Assembly: GCF_023055435.1 (NCBI RefSeq)
Contig: NW_025963791.1
Coordinates: 17,298,001 to 17,362,000, forward strand
DNA length: 64,000 bases
Direction: 5' to 3'
DNA from: Haliotis rufescens
Lineage: Eukaryota
Shown here: one piece after another, positions 14,301-27,494 of the stretch
How positions within the stretch are numbered: the stretch's first letter is position 1
How the letters are laid out: each line of letters opens with the position of its first letter
Program-made: the position numbers and the translations under genes
The notes under the pieces: generated by a model
The model's input: the letters and a program-made list of their open reading frames with translations, nothing else
The model's database searches: none
Told to the model about the DNA's origin: nothing

Positions 14301-15484
14301 ATACATTATATTAGTCTCTGATCTGAATATTTACAAAACAATGCGTTCAGATAGTGTCTTAAATTTTGAAGATGTTTTACAGTTTGGAACCAAGGTTATT
14401 TCTAACACCAGTGCAGTGGGATGAATACAATTTCCTCGCGTCTCTTGAAGCATGTAATGATAGGATCATGTTGATGTGCTGAGTTTGGGGGTGACCATCA
14501 TTTCATGCCCTCATTATATTAGTGGCTGTCAATTATATGGCAGTTGCAATGTCGCAGGTTTGATTGGGCTGTAAGTAGATAAGCATGGTTAGGTCTATTG
14601 ACAGGGTTGACTTGAAGGCAACTATTACGAGTCGGCAATTGTTAGGCTGTCAATCAAGCAAATGTGTATCTTGTAAATTGCGACAATCTCTGTGTGTGTC
14701 TTTTGTGGAGGATTTGTCAGTTGCGTCGCTCTTTAACCTTGGTTATACAAAGCCAAAATATGTAGGTCTCGTCAGAGTTTTACTGCATTGAAGAAGTCAT
14801 GTATTGACTGTCAAAGGGCAACAGTTGCTGTTGGTGTTCCTTCAAAAGGCTTATATCGTCTTTCAATAACTGTCAACAGTTTTCAGTAGGGTGTGTATGT
14901 ACAATGTTGGGGTCTCCTTATCGGGGTTTTATAAGGAAAGCACAATGGGACTGTGAGATTATAAAACACACAAGCTACCAATGTGTTTTGAACTTAAACA
15001 CGTTAAAGGTTACACCAGGAACAAGGGAGTGTGATCTTTTTTTCATTCTGTTCGAAATCGATTTCTATTTTATCACGACAAATTCAGTACTTTTCTGATA
15101 TTATTGAGGAGTTGTGATTTTATGATTAGCAGGATATATGAGATCGAGATACGATCTAGAGAGCAAGTCAGGTGTTATTTGTTACAAAACTCCCTTTACC
15201 AGATCAGTAGGCATGGCAACCAAAGCACCAAGAACTCTGACAATTCTTATCTATTTGTCTTCAATGCTTTCAACAAGGGCATAGATGCAGGGTGACCCCA
15301 AGCTACCTGAACCAGGGCATGGTCTGTCAAGTGATATCCTCTTAGGGCAAGTATTGTGTTTGTAAGGTAAATAATATCTGAGTGGACATTACAGAGACAG
15401 TTATGAGTATATTTCATGCTGAATGAAGAGGTTATGAAGTGCTGAAAGTATTTTTTTGCAATCAACTTTTTGTTCAGCTCCCTT

Positions 15485-15748
15485 GTGGGATCTTGGGTTA
15501 TAAAAAGTCCCCAATACCTCCTGCTTGTTGGGGTTTTGTGTGGTTGTGTGGTTGTGTGGTTGTGTTCTGTGTGGGGATCTAGGGTTATAATACTCCCTAT
15601 TACCTCCTGCTTGTAGGGGTTTTGTGTGGTCAGGCTCTGTGGGGGATCTAGGGTTGTAATACATCCCAAATACCTCCTGCTTGTGGGGGTGTTGTGTGGT
15701 TGTGTTCTGTGGGGGATCTCAGGTTATAATACGTCCCCAATACCTCCT
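15485..15748. repeat. About 69-bp tandem repeat, 4 copies
   Basis: gggatctagggttataata...tacctcctgcttgt repeated. Confidence 0.85.
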
Positions 15749-17856
15749 TTAATTAACAAAAGTAATATGAAGGAATCTGATGGTCCTTTACCTTTTCTAG
15801 ACGTATAAACACAGTCTTCTCAAATATAACAATACCTACACAATCACTTCTTTGTAGCAGAAAATCACTGCAACTGTGTTTCCATTATTCTGACTTAATT
15901 ATATCAGAACTTGATATGCTGTTTGTACCAGTCTACTAGTCTACTGGCCGGAACCCATCTTTTGACATCATTTTCAGTAGATTCAGAAGTTGATATTTTG
16001 GATGTTGATAGCTCAGCTTACTAGACCCGAGCTTCATGCTAGTGGCTGAAGTTCCAAACTATAAATGGATTAGAAAATGTGAAATTGAGGAGAAATTTAT
16101 TTTAATCATTTCCTTTCGTCTCCCCAATAAACAAAGCACTCAGTCTGTAACGTTGTATCTATATATACAGCACATCTGTTTGATGATATTTCATGAGAGG
16201 AAGTTCTTAGCCCTTGCTGGCTGTTAGCAGAGGGGGTTATATCCGAAAACTACAATTATCCGCATTAAATATATCCTGTTGTCATTCAAATCAATTACCC
16301 CTTGTGAAGTTTATATGTCAGTATGATGATCAGGAAAATTTCCAGAGTATTGGGTCACAGAGGTAACTCCTGACTTGGATGTGATGGAGCTTGATGCTGC
16401 AGTTGATGGGGACCATGTACAACACTGCTCTGTCTGTGTGTCGTGAGAAAGCTTTGTCGCTGAAAAACACAACCGAGATCAATGAGGTATTTTCCACACA
16501 GACATTGCGACTGTGCCACGAAGCTGGTGAATTGGTTGACGATGTTTGAGTTGCACGTTGTTACTGACGAACCGGGGACATTAGCCGGAATACACTGCAC
16601 CTTCACTGTGTGTTGCATTGAGCAATTGAAATGTTAGAATTTGGTGTATGTGGAAAATGAAGGCTGAACAGTTAGGCAGGGATAAGCATTTTAACATACA
16701 AGATTGATGCAGGTTCTTGCATGCTTGAGAGGAAGCAGGATGAATTTAAAGAGTGCTGAGCTGTGCAGGACGTGTTTAGCTCTCAGCTGTAGCTGAGGTG
16801 GTTATTTGCTGTTTAGGTCATGTTGGTATTATGCTGATAGCTGTGTTGGGGAATAATGGGATTACGTACAGCTCTGTGTTGGTGTTGTGAAGCTTATTTC
16901 GGTTTGATAGGTAAAGTCTATTGTACACAGATGGTGCTAATATTGGTACTGCTTATATTGGTTATGTGTATAAGTTACAAGGGTCTTCAGTTTTTGTGAG
17001 TGAGATTAAACTGCTTTAACCCAAAGATATTGATGAACAGGCTTATTGAACTGTGTCAGCACTGACTGGTGAGAAGAGATGAGTTAGCACTGAGTGTGAG
17101 AGCTTGACTTTGTGCATGGATGAGGCTTTTCTTAGATAAACAATTGTATTTTTTGTGGCTCATTTCTGTAATAAACAGTTTTGTCGTGAAAATGCATCAG
17201 AAAATGTTTTGAGCTACAATTGAACTTTTAGATATTTTGAATTTAAGAATATTACATTCACGCCCCCACCCCAAAAAAAACAAACCCAAAAAACAAATAT
17301 AAAAAAATTGAGCTCAAGTCTTAAAAATCTCTGTCTTGCAGGCAGCTCTTTGTTTTTTTCTTTAATTGTGTGTTTTTTTACTGAAATACCCCCAAAATCC
17401 CTAGTTTCAGTTTGACTCAAACTGGAATGATTGAACATGTTAAATATTGTCACTGACACCTCAGGAACTAGATGTTGCATGTCTGCCACTACCAGTACAC
17501 CGACAAGGGCATGCACATGTCCAGATAAAACATACGTGCCTTGTCACCAGCACTAAGACAAACTCACTGTTGACTGCAGCCGAGTCGTCAGTCTGGTTTA
17601 CCCAGTTACAACATGTACATTGACACACTATTGGTGGGGAAAAAAACAATCACTTCCACATCCCTGACCTCTCTACCCCATTTTCAGCCAATGGATACAC
17701 CCAGTGTGTTATGAAGTCTAGCTCAAGCTGACATAGAGGGTCCAAGGGTTACCAGACACAGGGCAGGAGGTGTGTGATGTGTCTGTAGGTCGAGATTGTC
17801 GTCCCTGTGTTTGCCCAGTTGAGAGGAGAGGGGGTACAGCCCTGGCTTCATACGCT

Positions 17857-17919
17857 ATGTTTGATGAGGATCAGGAGACACCCGAACGACGGCAGCTGAA
17901 AGAAGCCGTGACGAGGGAT
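17857..17919 (+). CDS. Candidate (alternative) first coding exon, MFDEDQETPERRQLKEAVTRD
   Basis: ATG to donor GAT|gttagt is exactly 21 codons, so phase 0 as required by the 35722 exon. Locally GC/CpG-rich. Weak acceptor tctgtag at 17788. No convincing homology. Confidence 0.3.
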
Positions 17920-18445
17920 GTTAGTGTACACATCCAGACGTCTTGCGTTGCTTTGTCCAGGTGTAGCATACCTACACTTACATCACTGTTGTGGCTTCAG
18001 GTGCTGCTACTTACTGTGGGACACCTTCAGGCTTAGTTCACACAGGAAAGGTGTAAGGTGCGATGATGCAGTCAGATGGGTTTTAGGTGTGCCTGCCCGG
18101 GATTGTTAGCATTCACAAAATTGTTTTGTGGAAGTTCTCGAAAAGGATTTGTTTTTAATCAACTTCAGTCTGTAGGTTTAGGTACTACACTTGAATGACC
18201 TAAAGATGATTGAGAAACAGAAAACACAGAAATTGGTTCAAAATAATATCATGGAAAATGTTATTTAGACATTATTTTTTTGTATAGAGCATGTTATATG
18301 GGGTCCATTTCAAACTACACTTAATTATCAGATCAGTACAATTCCCTTGATACCATCAAATACTTTCATACAATTCAATAAACATGATAAAAGTGATGAA
18401 ACGAAACTATGAGATTTCATTCTCAGTGAATGTTCTTATGTCCAG

Positions 18446-18552
18446 GAACCTGTTCCACAAAGCAATCTCAGTGCTAAGTTGGTCGTAACTCCCATACTTT
18501 ATCATAGGCTTACAATCAACGTAGCACTAAGATCGCTTTGTGGAACAGGGCC
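18446..18552. mobile_element. PIF/Harbinger-like hairpin MITE (107 bp)
   Basis: Near-complete palindrome CCTGTTCCACAAAGC...GCTTTGTGGAACAGG; 3-bp TSD CAG. Confidence 0.85.
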
Positions 18553-19015
18553 CAGGTGTGTCATTCCTGCATTTCACTTAGTTGCTGATATACTGATATA
18601 TGACAAGCAAGAGGAAATCTGATAACTATGACTGCAGTGATACTGGAAGTTATGATAGGCTAAGTATCAGATGTATCTAACCCATGATACAATGACATTG
18701 TTTGTGTCGTGGTATGTACCATACAGTGGCATGTGACAGCTCCCAACCAATAGGTTCCACATACATTGCATACTGTCCAGTGAATCTGTGTGATAGATAA
18801 CTGATGTAAACAACCAGCCGTTCCATGTATCAGACTTGTATCTAGAATCCTAAAATAATTGCTCCTGGCAGGCAAATTGGGAAAAAGTAATTATTTTGCT
18901 CCAGGTTGGGATTATTTTAGAAGCTCTTGTTTTCCTCCATTCTGAGGTATATATACATTGCAATAATGTAAAAATATGCATTAAAGCCACCACTTCTTTA
19001 ATGGTCTGTTATCAG

Positions 19016-19476
19016 TAGGGCTGCAACGAATAACCTATGGGGCGAATACGATTCGTATCACGAATATGGGGTAATGAATACGAATATTAATTCACAAATA
19101 CAATAATAAGTCAGTAGTTGATGTATTATTTGTTATATTCAGTGAAACATTAACAACATAAATTATTTGACATGGTTTGTTAATTATCTATATTATACAT
19201 TTATATGCCTTGTCCAGGTACTTCGTCTTAGTATCTGCTCAAATGCTCCAATGACCAGTGACCAAATTCCTGTCAAATTAAATATTATAAGAGTGTTGTC
19301 TTTAAAGGAATCTATGCATATCATATGTTCTTATGGATGTTTTAGGTACAGGGTATGTAAATGCACATGATTGCATATTCATAACTATTTGATTCTAGTG
19401 GCCACGAATAACGAATTCAATTCATAAATGGATACGGTTCGATTCATCGAATACGCGAGTGAATTGAACGGCCCTA
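19016..19476. mobile_element. hAT-type MITE, apparently nested in an older CAGG-ended MITE (about 18831-19628)
   Basis: TIRs TAGGGCTG / CGGCCCTA, subterminal CGAAT repeats, 8-bp TSD gttatcag / gtactcag (6 of 8 match). Confidence 0.8.
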
Positions 19477-19855
19477 GTACTCAGTGATATATAGTTACCT
19501 CTAACAAGCCAAAACATTATTTGTCTCTGTATTAACATGAATTGGGAATTTATTTATTCCAATTTTGGAAGTTTTACTGACATATGCTCCAGACTGGGGG
19601 CTGAATATCGGCCTCTAGACACAGCCTGGTGTGTGGAAGAGGTCATGGTGATCCAGACGGGTGGTAAATGTTGTGATCAGAAAATTTACAGCAATGCAAG
19701 AGTTAACAACTTCTAATGAAATATGTATTTCAATATCACTGCATATCAGGGATATTGTGCATCATAAGTTAAATATGGTGTTTCAATGTATTGGTGAAAT
19801 GTTACCCCTTGTATGTTATTTGTTGAACAAAATAACATATTCTAGTTACTACAGA

Positions 19856-20060
19856 ATCACCCCGTGGGTATTCAGGGTTAGATTCCTGTCAGAACTGGTC
19901 CCAAGCCACCTTTTCTGGTCGTAAGAGGCGACCAAATGGATTGGTGACTTGGTTGATAGCGTGTCCTCATACTCAAGTATTTATCACTGAATTGTCTGGT
20001 CCAGACTTTATTATTTACAGGCTTCATATTGGTGGAATATTGCTGACAACAAACAGACAA
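19856..20060 (+). mobile_element. Family B retroposon, divergent subfamily
   Basis: ggtcgtaagaggcgacc hairpin plus the family B body. Confidence 0.75.
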
Positions 20061-20493
20061 TACTACAGCAATGTTATATTTTAACCAAAAAAGCAAATAA
20101 AGAAATTGCTTGAGTCAAGGCTAGGTCGAGGGGACAGTACTGTGATGTCAGTGCCGTGGAACACATGATGTCATCAATGAGTGAACAATGACAATTAGCT
20201 GTAATAACATGGCACCACTGCTCTCTCATTACACGTTACTGGTTTGGAACAAAGCTGCCTTCAGAGCTGCAGACTGGTTTGAATATTTCTGGATCAAGTG
20301 ACACATTACCTGCTAAAGGATGGGCCAGGTTTCAGAAATATATGGACAGAGGACAGTATTGCTCTGAAATTATTTTCAGGTTGCAGTGACCACCTGGCTA
20401 TCTGAAGCATTGTGCTTTTCTAATTTTACAAAGCTTAAACATGCTTGCCCTTATATGTTATTGAAAAGTATCTTTATTATCGAATTGTAATTT

Positions 20494-20760
20494 GGGGCAT
20501 GGGTGACCCAGTCATCTAAGACACTGCAGTTCACTTTGCAGAGCTGCATCCCTTGAGCACGCTAGACACCTATGTTTGTGGGTTTATCCCTGAGTATGTT
20601 TCTAGGTTTGTCAGCACCATACCTGTGCTCGTTGGTTTCACCGAAGCAGTAAGCGTGTAAGGCCTGCTTCACTTTGGACTTTCCTCCCACATAAAGCTGA
20701 CACACTGTGGTATCACTGGAATACTGTTAAAAGTGGCGTTTGACCCAACTCACTCACTCT
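20494..20760 (+). mobile_element. SINE family D (V-SINE/RUDI-like body, ACTC tail)
   Basis: gtttgtcagcaccatacc core shared with copies at 27230, 61007 and 61300; tail aaaagtggcgttt...actcactc. Superfamily assignment is from memory. Confidence 0.7.
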
Positions 20761-20945
20761 TTTTGTGAATTGTCACCTTAAGAGTGAAACATGTGTCACC
20801 ACCTTACACAAAACTATCTAAAAGTAACAAGATAAATATGTCTTCATTATGTTAATTAAAACAGACAAATCCTCCCTGAGGTGTAGTGGATAGAGTGTCT
20901 ACCAAGAGAGTGGAAGGTTGTTGGTTCAATCCCCTGACCGCGTTA

Positions 20946-22084
20946 TTATCCCCCTTCCACTTCGTGGCGGGGGATATAGGAATGGGTGCCATCCGTCTGT
21001 CTTTCTGTCCATCTGTCCGTCACAGAACACACAAAAAATGAGAGATATCTTAACAAAACTTGGCACATAGATAGGTCTAGTGGTGAACTGGTGCCTTTTG
21101 ATAGTTTGGGATTTTATAATAAAATTATTCTCGAGTTTCCACATGTTCCATGGAAACAATTTTGACTTAGACTGAAAATGGCAGTAGTCCTCGTTTCTGG
21201 ACAGATCTTGAAAACTGTACAATATTTCTTCACCAAATTTGGCACATGATATCATCTTTAGTACTGAATACATTTCCTTTCTTGTTGGCAAGTTCTGCAT
21301 TGCTTGTGTGTATGCATCCTCCAAAAGTGTCATGGACATGGTTGTCGCATTCACTTACTAACTTCTTGCAGAAACTTCAGGATCTCTCCAAGCAGTATGA
21401 ATGTGAACATGTCCTAGTTACTGGGGATTTCAAATGTGATCTTAGTGGAAAACTGAAACTTTAAGATTTCTTGAATGTGCGGAAAATGACTCAACTCATT
21501 CACTCTCCAACTCACTGTCTTGGAGCTACACTGGACTTGTTGTTTACTGATCATGCCAGTGCTGTAGCATTCCAGACTCCAGTCTACTACTCAGATCATC
21601 AGATGATTGGTGCTGTACTTCTCAGTACACCTCATGGTGACCCCTGCTCTCATTGATCTCTAAGTAAAGTAAGAACTCCCTTACTTCTCTGATTATTGTT
21701 GAAGTAATAACAAAACTCATTACAAATACAACACTGTAACTGATCTTAAACCTACTCAACTGTAAAAACACTGCCTCCTGTCCTGTATATATTCTTGTCA
21801 ACCATACTCTGTACATCACTTGCTTGATAACGGTGTAAGAACCTACACCGAAATGCCGCTCCTAATTGTAATAAAGAAGTTGTTCGTCCATATGTCTCAT
21901 CCTTACTCATTACAAATACAGTTACATATTCTATCATAAACTGCAGATGGGAAAACAACACCAGAAATAACTTTTTTTAGTACTGCAATTAGGCCATTTA
22001 CAAAAAGGTCCAGTGAACATAGTTCACATTGCACACAACCTGACATGTCATATTGGCGGGGAATATGAGTATTTCATGCTTGTT
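20946..22084 (+). mobile_element. Non-autonomous Helentron-type element (HINE/DINE-1/pearl-like)
   Basis: 5' hairpin TATCCCCC..CCACttcGTGGCGGGGGATA, (TCCG/TCTG)n microsatellite, two ttggcaca core repeats about 180 bp apart, 3' subterminal GGCGGGGAATA, small hairpin, CTTGTT end; inserted at a TT site. Confidence 0.75.
21281..21656 (+). pseudogene. Degraded APE/EEP endonuclease fragment of transposon origin
   Basis: Reconstructed IACVYASPK...VLVTGDFKCDL...TQLIHSPTH..GATLDLLFT...YYSDH, with one frameshift and one stop codon. Carries the canonical GDFN, TLDL and SDH motifs (GDFK here). Confidence 0.85.
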
Positions 22085-23135
22085 AAAAATATGTTAATAT
22101 ATTGTACTTGTTGTTAACCTGCCTGGCACTCAGCATTAAAGCTAAAACAAGGACTGCTCAACTCGGAGTCATTACACCATGTCTGAGTGGGATATCCATG
22201 TTAAACTGCAACATGGTGTCTAGTTGGGCTAGCATTGTAAAATTGGCATACCTCCGAAGTAGTACAAGAAGCCACACACACACACACACATCAGCATGCA
22301 TGTCACTATTTAAGTGAAACAGATTTGAAAGTGATGTTAGACACCATTTCAGCACTCCTCGCCACACCTTCATCCACACTTTGTTAATCCTGGCTATCAG
22401 TGATTGGAGATTCTGCTGTGACCTCTTGGAAATAATTCTAAAACTCATCATGTGATTGTATGGCAAAATATAAAGATAACACTGAGGTGAAAATCATATC
22501 TCTGCACAGAGTTAACAGGTCTAGTTGAACTAATACCTTAATATTGACCTGTGAATGAACGAGACGTGCCGCGACCTCAACCCCCACAACAAAGTTGACA
22601 GGTCACAACTGATAAAATATCAATTGATCGTGGTCTTTCAAGTGCGTGGACACACAGACTTTGGGCTGGAGTGTAAACAATAGGGCATTCCAGAAAATTA
22701 CAACACATTGTCACAGGGTGTTTTCCATATTCATAACCCTCACCTAGTTCTAAGGTTCCCATAAGCCCAACAATCACTGGAGCCTACAGCATTCACTCTG
22801 TTGACTTGAACAGCTGATCCATTTTCATGATATGTGACTGTATAAATGCTTGGGAGATGGGAAAACATATTGACAGTGGCCATGCTTCATCCACAATAGG
22901 TGCCTGCAAATATGTGCCCTGCTGGGTGTTGAGCGACTGGTGCCCACAATAGAGTGTTATCAATTTTAGATAATTTGTGTAGCCTTGTTGATAACTTAGT
23001 TGATGTGTATGATGGGGAAGGATTTATACCACTCAACTTTTGATTACGATAACCAGATATGTCATTCTATATACGCTTGACATATTATGAGAATCAGATT
23101 TGTGTATCATGGAAAGATATATAATATTTCAATCA

Positions 23136-23925
23136 GGCTTAATAAAAGAAAAAAGAATTGGTTCTCAGGCAGTGACTTTTGATAATATAGTGTGGGCTGT
23201 TTTTTGTTGTTGTTTTTTTTGCTTGTTCAAACTGGAATGTAACCAAATAAACAGTTGTATACTATCAACCTGGGAAAGGGCCTCCCTATGTATAAAGAAG
23301 CATACAAACTAGGGCTGTGACGAGTCCAAATTTACTACCCGGGTAAACCCCATTACCCGACCCTACCCGGGTACCCACTGCAGGTCTCAGGAGATGTCTC
23401 AAAATGTCTGATTGGGAACATTTTCAGCATAGCCCTGGAAAAACTTATTTCGATACATGTATTAAACAATCTGGTCATTCATACACTGAAGTTGAATTAA
23501 GTTATATCTTTATTCAACCATATGAAAAATCAGAAGGAATGGGTGCATAGTCAGAAAGAAATGGGAACATTAGTGACTTGTAGTGTAACCATAGAGTTCT
23601 AGATACTTTTTGTCATTAAATAATATATCTCGTGACTAACCACGGGTCCGGGTAGTCCTGTGGGTACCTGGGTCCCACTCAGTACCCACCCGACCCGGTT
23701 ACCTGAGTTACCCGTCCTAGCTCAAATACAAACTCCTATTGCCGCCAGGACGATAACACAAGATGCACAGTAAACTTGTGCGCATGTAAAGGGAAGTAAC
23801 TGCATGCTATTTTGGATCACATTGTTTTTAAGTATATGGATTTATTAATTTTTTTGGGAAAATGGAAATAAAAACGAACATCAGACTTTATGATGATGTA
23901 GGCGGTGCCTGAGAACCAAGACTAT
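23136..23925 (+). mobile_element. Zator-like MITE copy interrupted by a hAT MITE
   Basis: Collinear with 36322-36694 once 23310-23733 is removed. Confidence 0.8.
23310..23725. mobile_element. hAT-type MITE
   Basis: TAGGGCTGTGACG left TIR, degenerate right TIR, ACCCG subterminal repeats, perfect 8-bp TSD atacaaac. Confidence 0.88.
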
Positions 23926-24698
23926 TGTGATTGTGCAGATTATGAAGGATGGTTTGTTGCTTGTATTGGTTGAACGTGGGAGGGACAGGCACATATGTGT
24001 GAGCCAAGGACGGGCATGTGGTAAACAATGTAGATATTATATTGCATGTAGGTTTCTGTAGGTGTCGTTATTGACAATGGTGATTTATATTTGAAAGCTT
24101 TGTAAGATTGTTTATATGACGTATGAACTGCAAACACTTGTGTAAAATAATTCCTGTTTTGGTCCGAGTATGAATATTCATTCACACAATCCCGTCATAT
24201 TACGGTTTATGAGAAGTCTAGCCAATATTTGTCTACAGGGCTTAAGTACACACTCACAGATTCAGTAAAGAGACACAAGATACACTCCACATTAAAACAG
24301 ACACAGTGTCCGATGATATCTTGAGATAATTGGTGAGCTGTTTGCTTGTTATTGTGTGTACATTCACTAGCACATGCTGCTCAGGGAGACCAGAAAACAG
24401 CCCTGATTCTATTAATATTATTGATTTATTCCGCCAGAGTTTGGTCATCGAAGCCACTACGTCAAGGTCTGGATGGAAATATTGCATAGTTTAATTTCTA
24501 TCCCATCCTACTTGGCATCAATACGACACCCAGGTTGATCAGTGGTCTGCCACGTCATGATAGTAACACCTGTTGTTTTGGTCATATCTTGTGTCTGGGG
24601 TTCAGTGTCTCCCTACTGCTCAAGTAATCAAGATGATACATAAATTCTTATACGTCTCACAGTCCTCAATATTCATTCAAATGTGTCTTGTTCAACTG

Positions 24699-24957
24699 GT
24701 TGGTTGGTTGTTTAAAGCCGCACTCAGCAATATTTCAGCTATATGACGGCGGTCTGTGAATAATCGAGTCTGGACCAGACAATCCAGTGATTAATATCAT
24801 GAGCATCGATCCACGCAATTGGGATCGATGACATGCATCAACCAAGTCAGCGAGCCTGACCACCCGATCCCGTTAGTTGCCTTTTACGACAAGCATAGTC
24901 GTCTTTTAAGGCAAGCATGGGTTGCTGAAGATCTATTCTACCCCGGATCTTCACGGG
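24699..24957 (-). mobile_element. Family B retroposon, full length, two-hairpin type
   Basis: 16-bp TSD gtgtcttgttcaactg; AACC tail. Confidence 0.92.
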
Positions 24958-25714
24958 TGTCTTGTTCAACTGATTTGTCTTTTGTATTGTGTGGTGCTTT
25001 CTTATTAACCAAACTTGACTTTATCATTTAAGATAGTTTATTCCTCACATATGTATGGGCTATTGCTTGGCAAGTTTACCACCTCTAGATTAACTTAGCT
25101 TCAAGGTAGTTGTTTAAAGGTAAGCCTCTAGCTATTGCACTCTTAAAACTTTTGTTTTTTACTAAACTTGTATCTATAATTTGGCAGACTTATATATATA
25201 TATATGATATTGCTAGGCATGTTTTCAAGCTCCAGATTACCTAGATTGGGGCTTCAAGCATGTCAAGTCTGTTGTTTGAAAATAAAATCTCATGCTATCT
25301 CGCACATCAAACATTTATGATATCATTTCCCTCTCCTAGCCTAAACATGTAACTGCAGACCATCTTGGTATAAAACTAGGCCTCCTACATTGTCCTACAA
25401 GGGTTCTTCTCTTTGGGCCATTTTGAGACATCAGGGTCCGTTGGATACCCTAAAGACCGAAATCTTTAGTGATATCCCATGGAGTAGAAGACTTAATTAA
25501 ATGAGTAGGCAGCGTCATGTAGTGTGAAGACTGGCAAGTTATTGAAGCCATACACAAGACAGTGTGACCACATTGAAACAAGTATATGGGTCCTGCTGCT
25601 TGTTGAGGCTGCATGTGACTTCTATTCTTCCATCGTTGGCACAGTTTGTGGAGGTATATTGTTGATGTCCCCTAGGCCATGATATGACTGAAGTGATGCG
25701 AGACACATTAATAG

Positions 25715-25727
25715 CTCTGTCTCTCTG

Positions 25728-25763
<36 letters not shown>

Positions 25764-25768
25764 TCTCT
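25715..25768. repeat. (CT)n/(CTGT) microsatellite
   Basis: Seen directly. Confidence 0.95.
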
Positions 25769-26681
25769 GTTAATTACAAAATATCATGCTTATACTCAAG
25801 ACCATCCCTGAAATTGGAAAGAAAAAGAAACAATTTTTGTTTTGTCAAGAAATGAAAAAAACCCCTCAAGAACTTGTAATTGTTGTTCATAAGAAATGAT
25901 GAATGATATGTGTCAAATTCTTTATTCAAACCAAAAAACAATGACTTTCTCCTCAGCGCTGTTTGGAAAAACGATAACTTAAAGACATGCTCATAAAAAT
26001 GACAACTTTCTATTTGTACGAAGGATACTTTTAATACTGGGCCTATTGCCTCAGGCAAGGCCTCGTGTGTTCCCAGTGTTTGTTATGAGCGTACTCTACG
26101 GTAAATGGACATCGGATGACCTCAATGCTTCTGTTGTCCTAGCATTTTGATGGATTACGGTCCCACCTGGGAAGGAGTACGAGGGCCTGGCTGCATTAGA
26201 TCATTGTTGAACCAAGAAAGCTATTGGTTTGTCTGCTCCAAACTGATGATTACATTCAATATTTTAGAAAGTCAGGAGTGATGCAGCTGAACTGTGATTA
26301 TGACACAAAACCCCATCCACTCACTCATCTCAAAGATAAACCTCTATGATCCTGTTGATCTTGGTTCAGGGATATCCCGAAGTTTCCTTTTGGTCATGGC
26401 AATTTTGAGATAATTGGACTTGGTTGTACCTTTGTAGTGAAGCCTGCGCTACTTACACTAATCACAGTGTGGCTTGGCTGTCTGAGCTGGAAGGATCTGC
26501 CAGATGATCCTGACTGGGGAAGCCATCAGGTTTCCTACAATAGCAAATAGATAAGCGTAGATTAGTCTAACCAGTTATGAAGTACTTTGTAGTGTAAAGA
26601 ACAAAGTTCCCCACTTGCCCAGTTCGCATAGCCTTGAATAATCTACAGCAGACTTGGTTGTGACCATGTTTGTATGTGTGA

Positions 26682-26947
26682 TTGGTTTTGGTTTGTTGTT
26701 TAACGCCGCACACAGCAATATTCCAGCTATATGACGACGGTCCGTAAATAATCGAGTTTGGACCAGACAATCCAGTGGTTAATGTCATGAGCATCGATCC
26801 GAGCAATTGGGATCGATGACATGCATCAACCAAGTCAGCGAGCCTGACCACCCGATCCCGTTAGTCGCCTTTTACGACAAGCACAGTCGTCTTTTATGGC
26901 AAGCATGGGTTGCTGAAGACCTATTCTACCCCGGAAACTTCACGGGT
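26682..26947 (-). mobile_element. Family B retroposon, full length
   Basis: 13-bp TSD tttgtatgtgtga. Confidence 0.92.
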
Positions 26948-27229
26948 TTTGTATGTGTGAGATAGACATGGGTGGGCAGGAGATTTGTTAGGTCAATCTC
27001 ATGGTGACTGTATTCCAGTTTAGAACGGTCCGGAGAAGGTGATGCTGGTTGAAGAGCTGATTGACATGAGGTCTGGGTGGTAAGGCTGTGATGTTTCTGA
27101 TTGGCTGTCAACATGCCCCGGTGATTTGTTGTGCTTGCTTTCAGTCACTTGATTATTGACACCCTCCCATGATAAGGCTGGAATATTGCTGACTGTAGCT
27201 TGAAACAACATTTCTTACTCTCCTGATTG

Positions 27230-27465
27230 TTTAAGGTGCCACAATTGGAAACCTATGGTCATGAGTTCAATTCCCAGTTTTCCTATATCATTTTTCTTGG
27301 TTTGTCAGCACCATACCCGTACTCGTGGGTTTCACCAAAGTGGTAAACGTCTAAGACCTGTATCACTTCAGGTTTTCCTTCCATTTTAAGCTGACATGCC
27401 ATAATAAAACTGGAATGCTGTTCAAAGTGGCATTAGACCAAACCCAACTCCATCACTCACTCTTA
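27230..27465 (+). mobile_element. SINE family D copy
   Basis: Aligns to 20494-20760. Confidence 0.7.
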
Positions 27466-27494
27466 CTCTCTCCATCAAACGTCATCAAACTCTC

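Larger units (their letters stand above)
20870..22355 (+). mobile_element. SINE family C (Meta/MESC-like), split by a 1.1-kb insertion
   Basis: Head 20870-20945 and body 22085-22355 are collinear with the intact copies at 39084 and 59654. Confidence 0.8.

Noticed and set aside
13982-14321. ORFs spanning N runs (also 50397-50941)
   Set aside because: Artefacts of assembly gaps.
15765-15808. ESDGPLPFLDV resembling a Penelope RT motif
   Set aside because: Only about 11 residues with no flanking homology; may be chance or a tiny relic.
19890-19910. Twister-like GGUCCCAAGCC
   Set aside because: The rest of the twister consensus is absent; better explained as the variant pseudoknot strand of family B.
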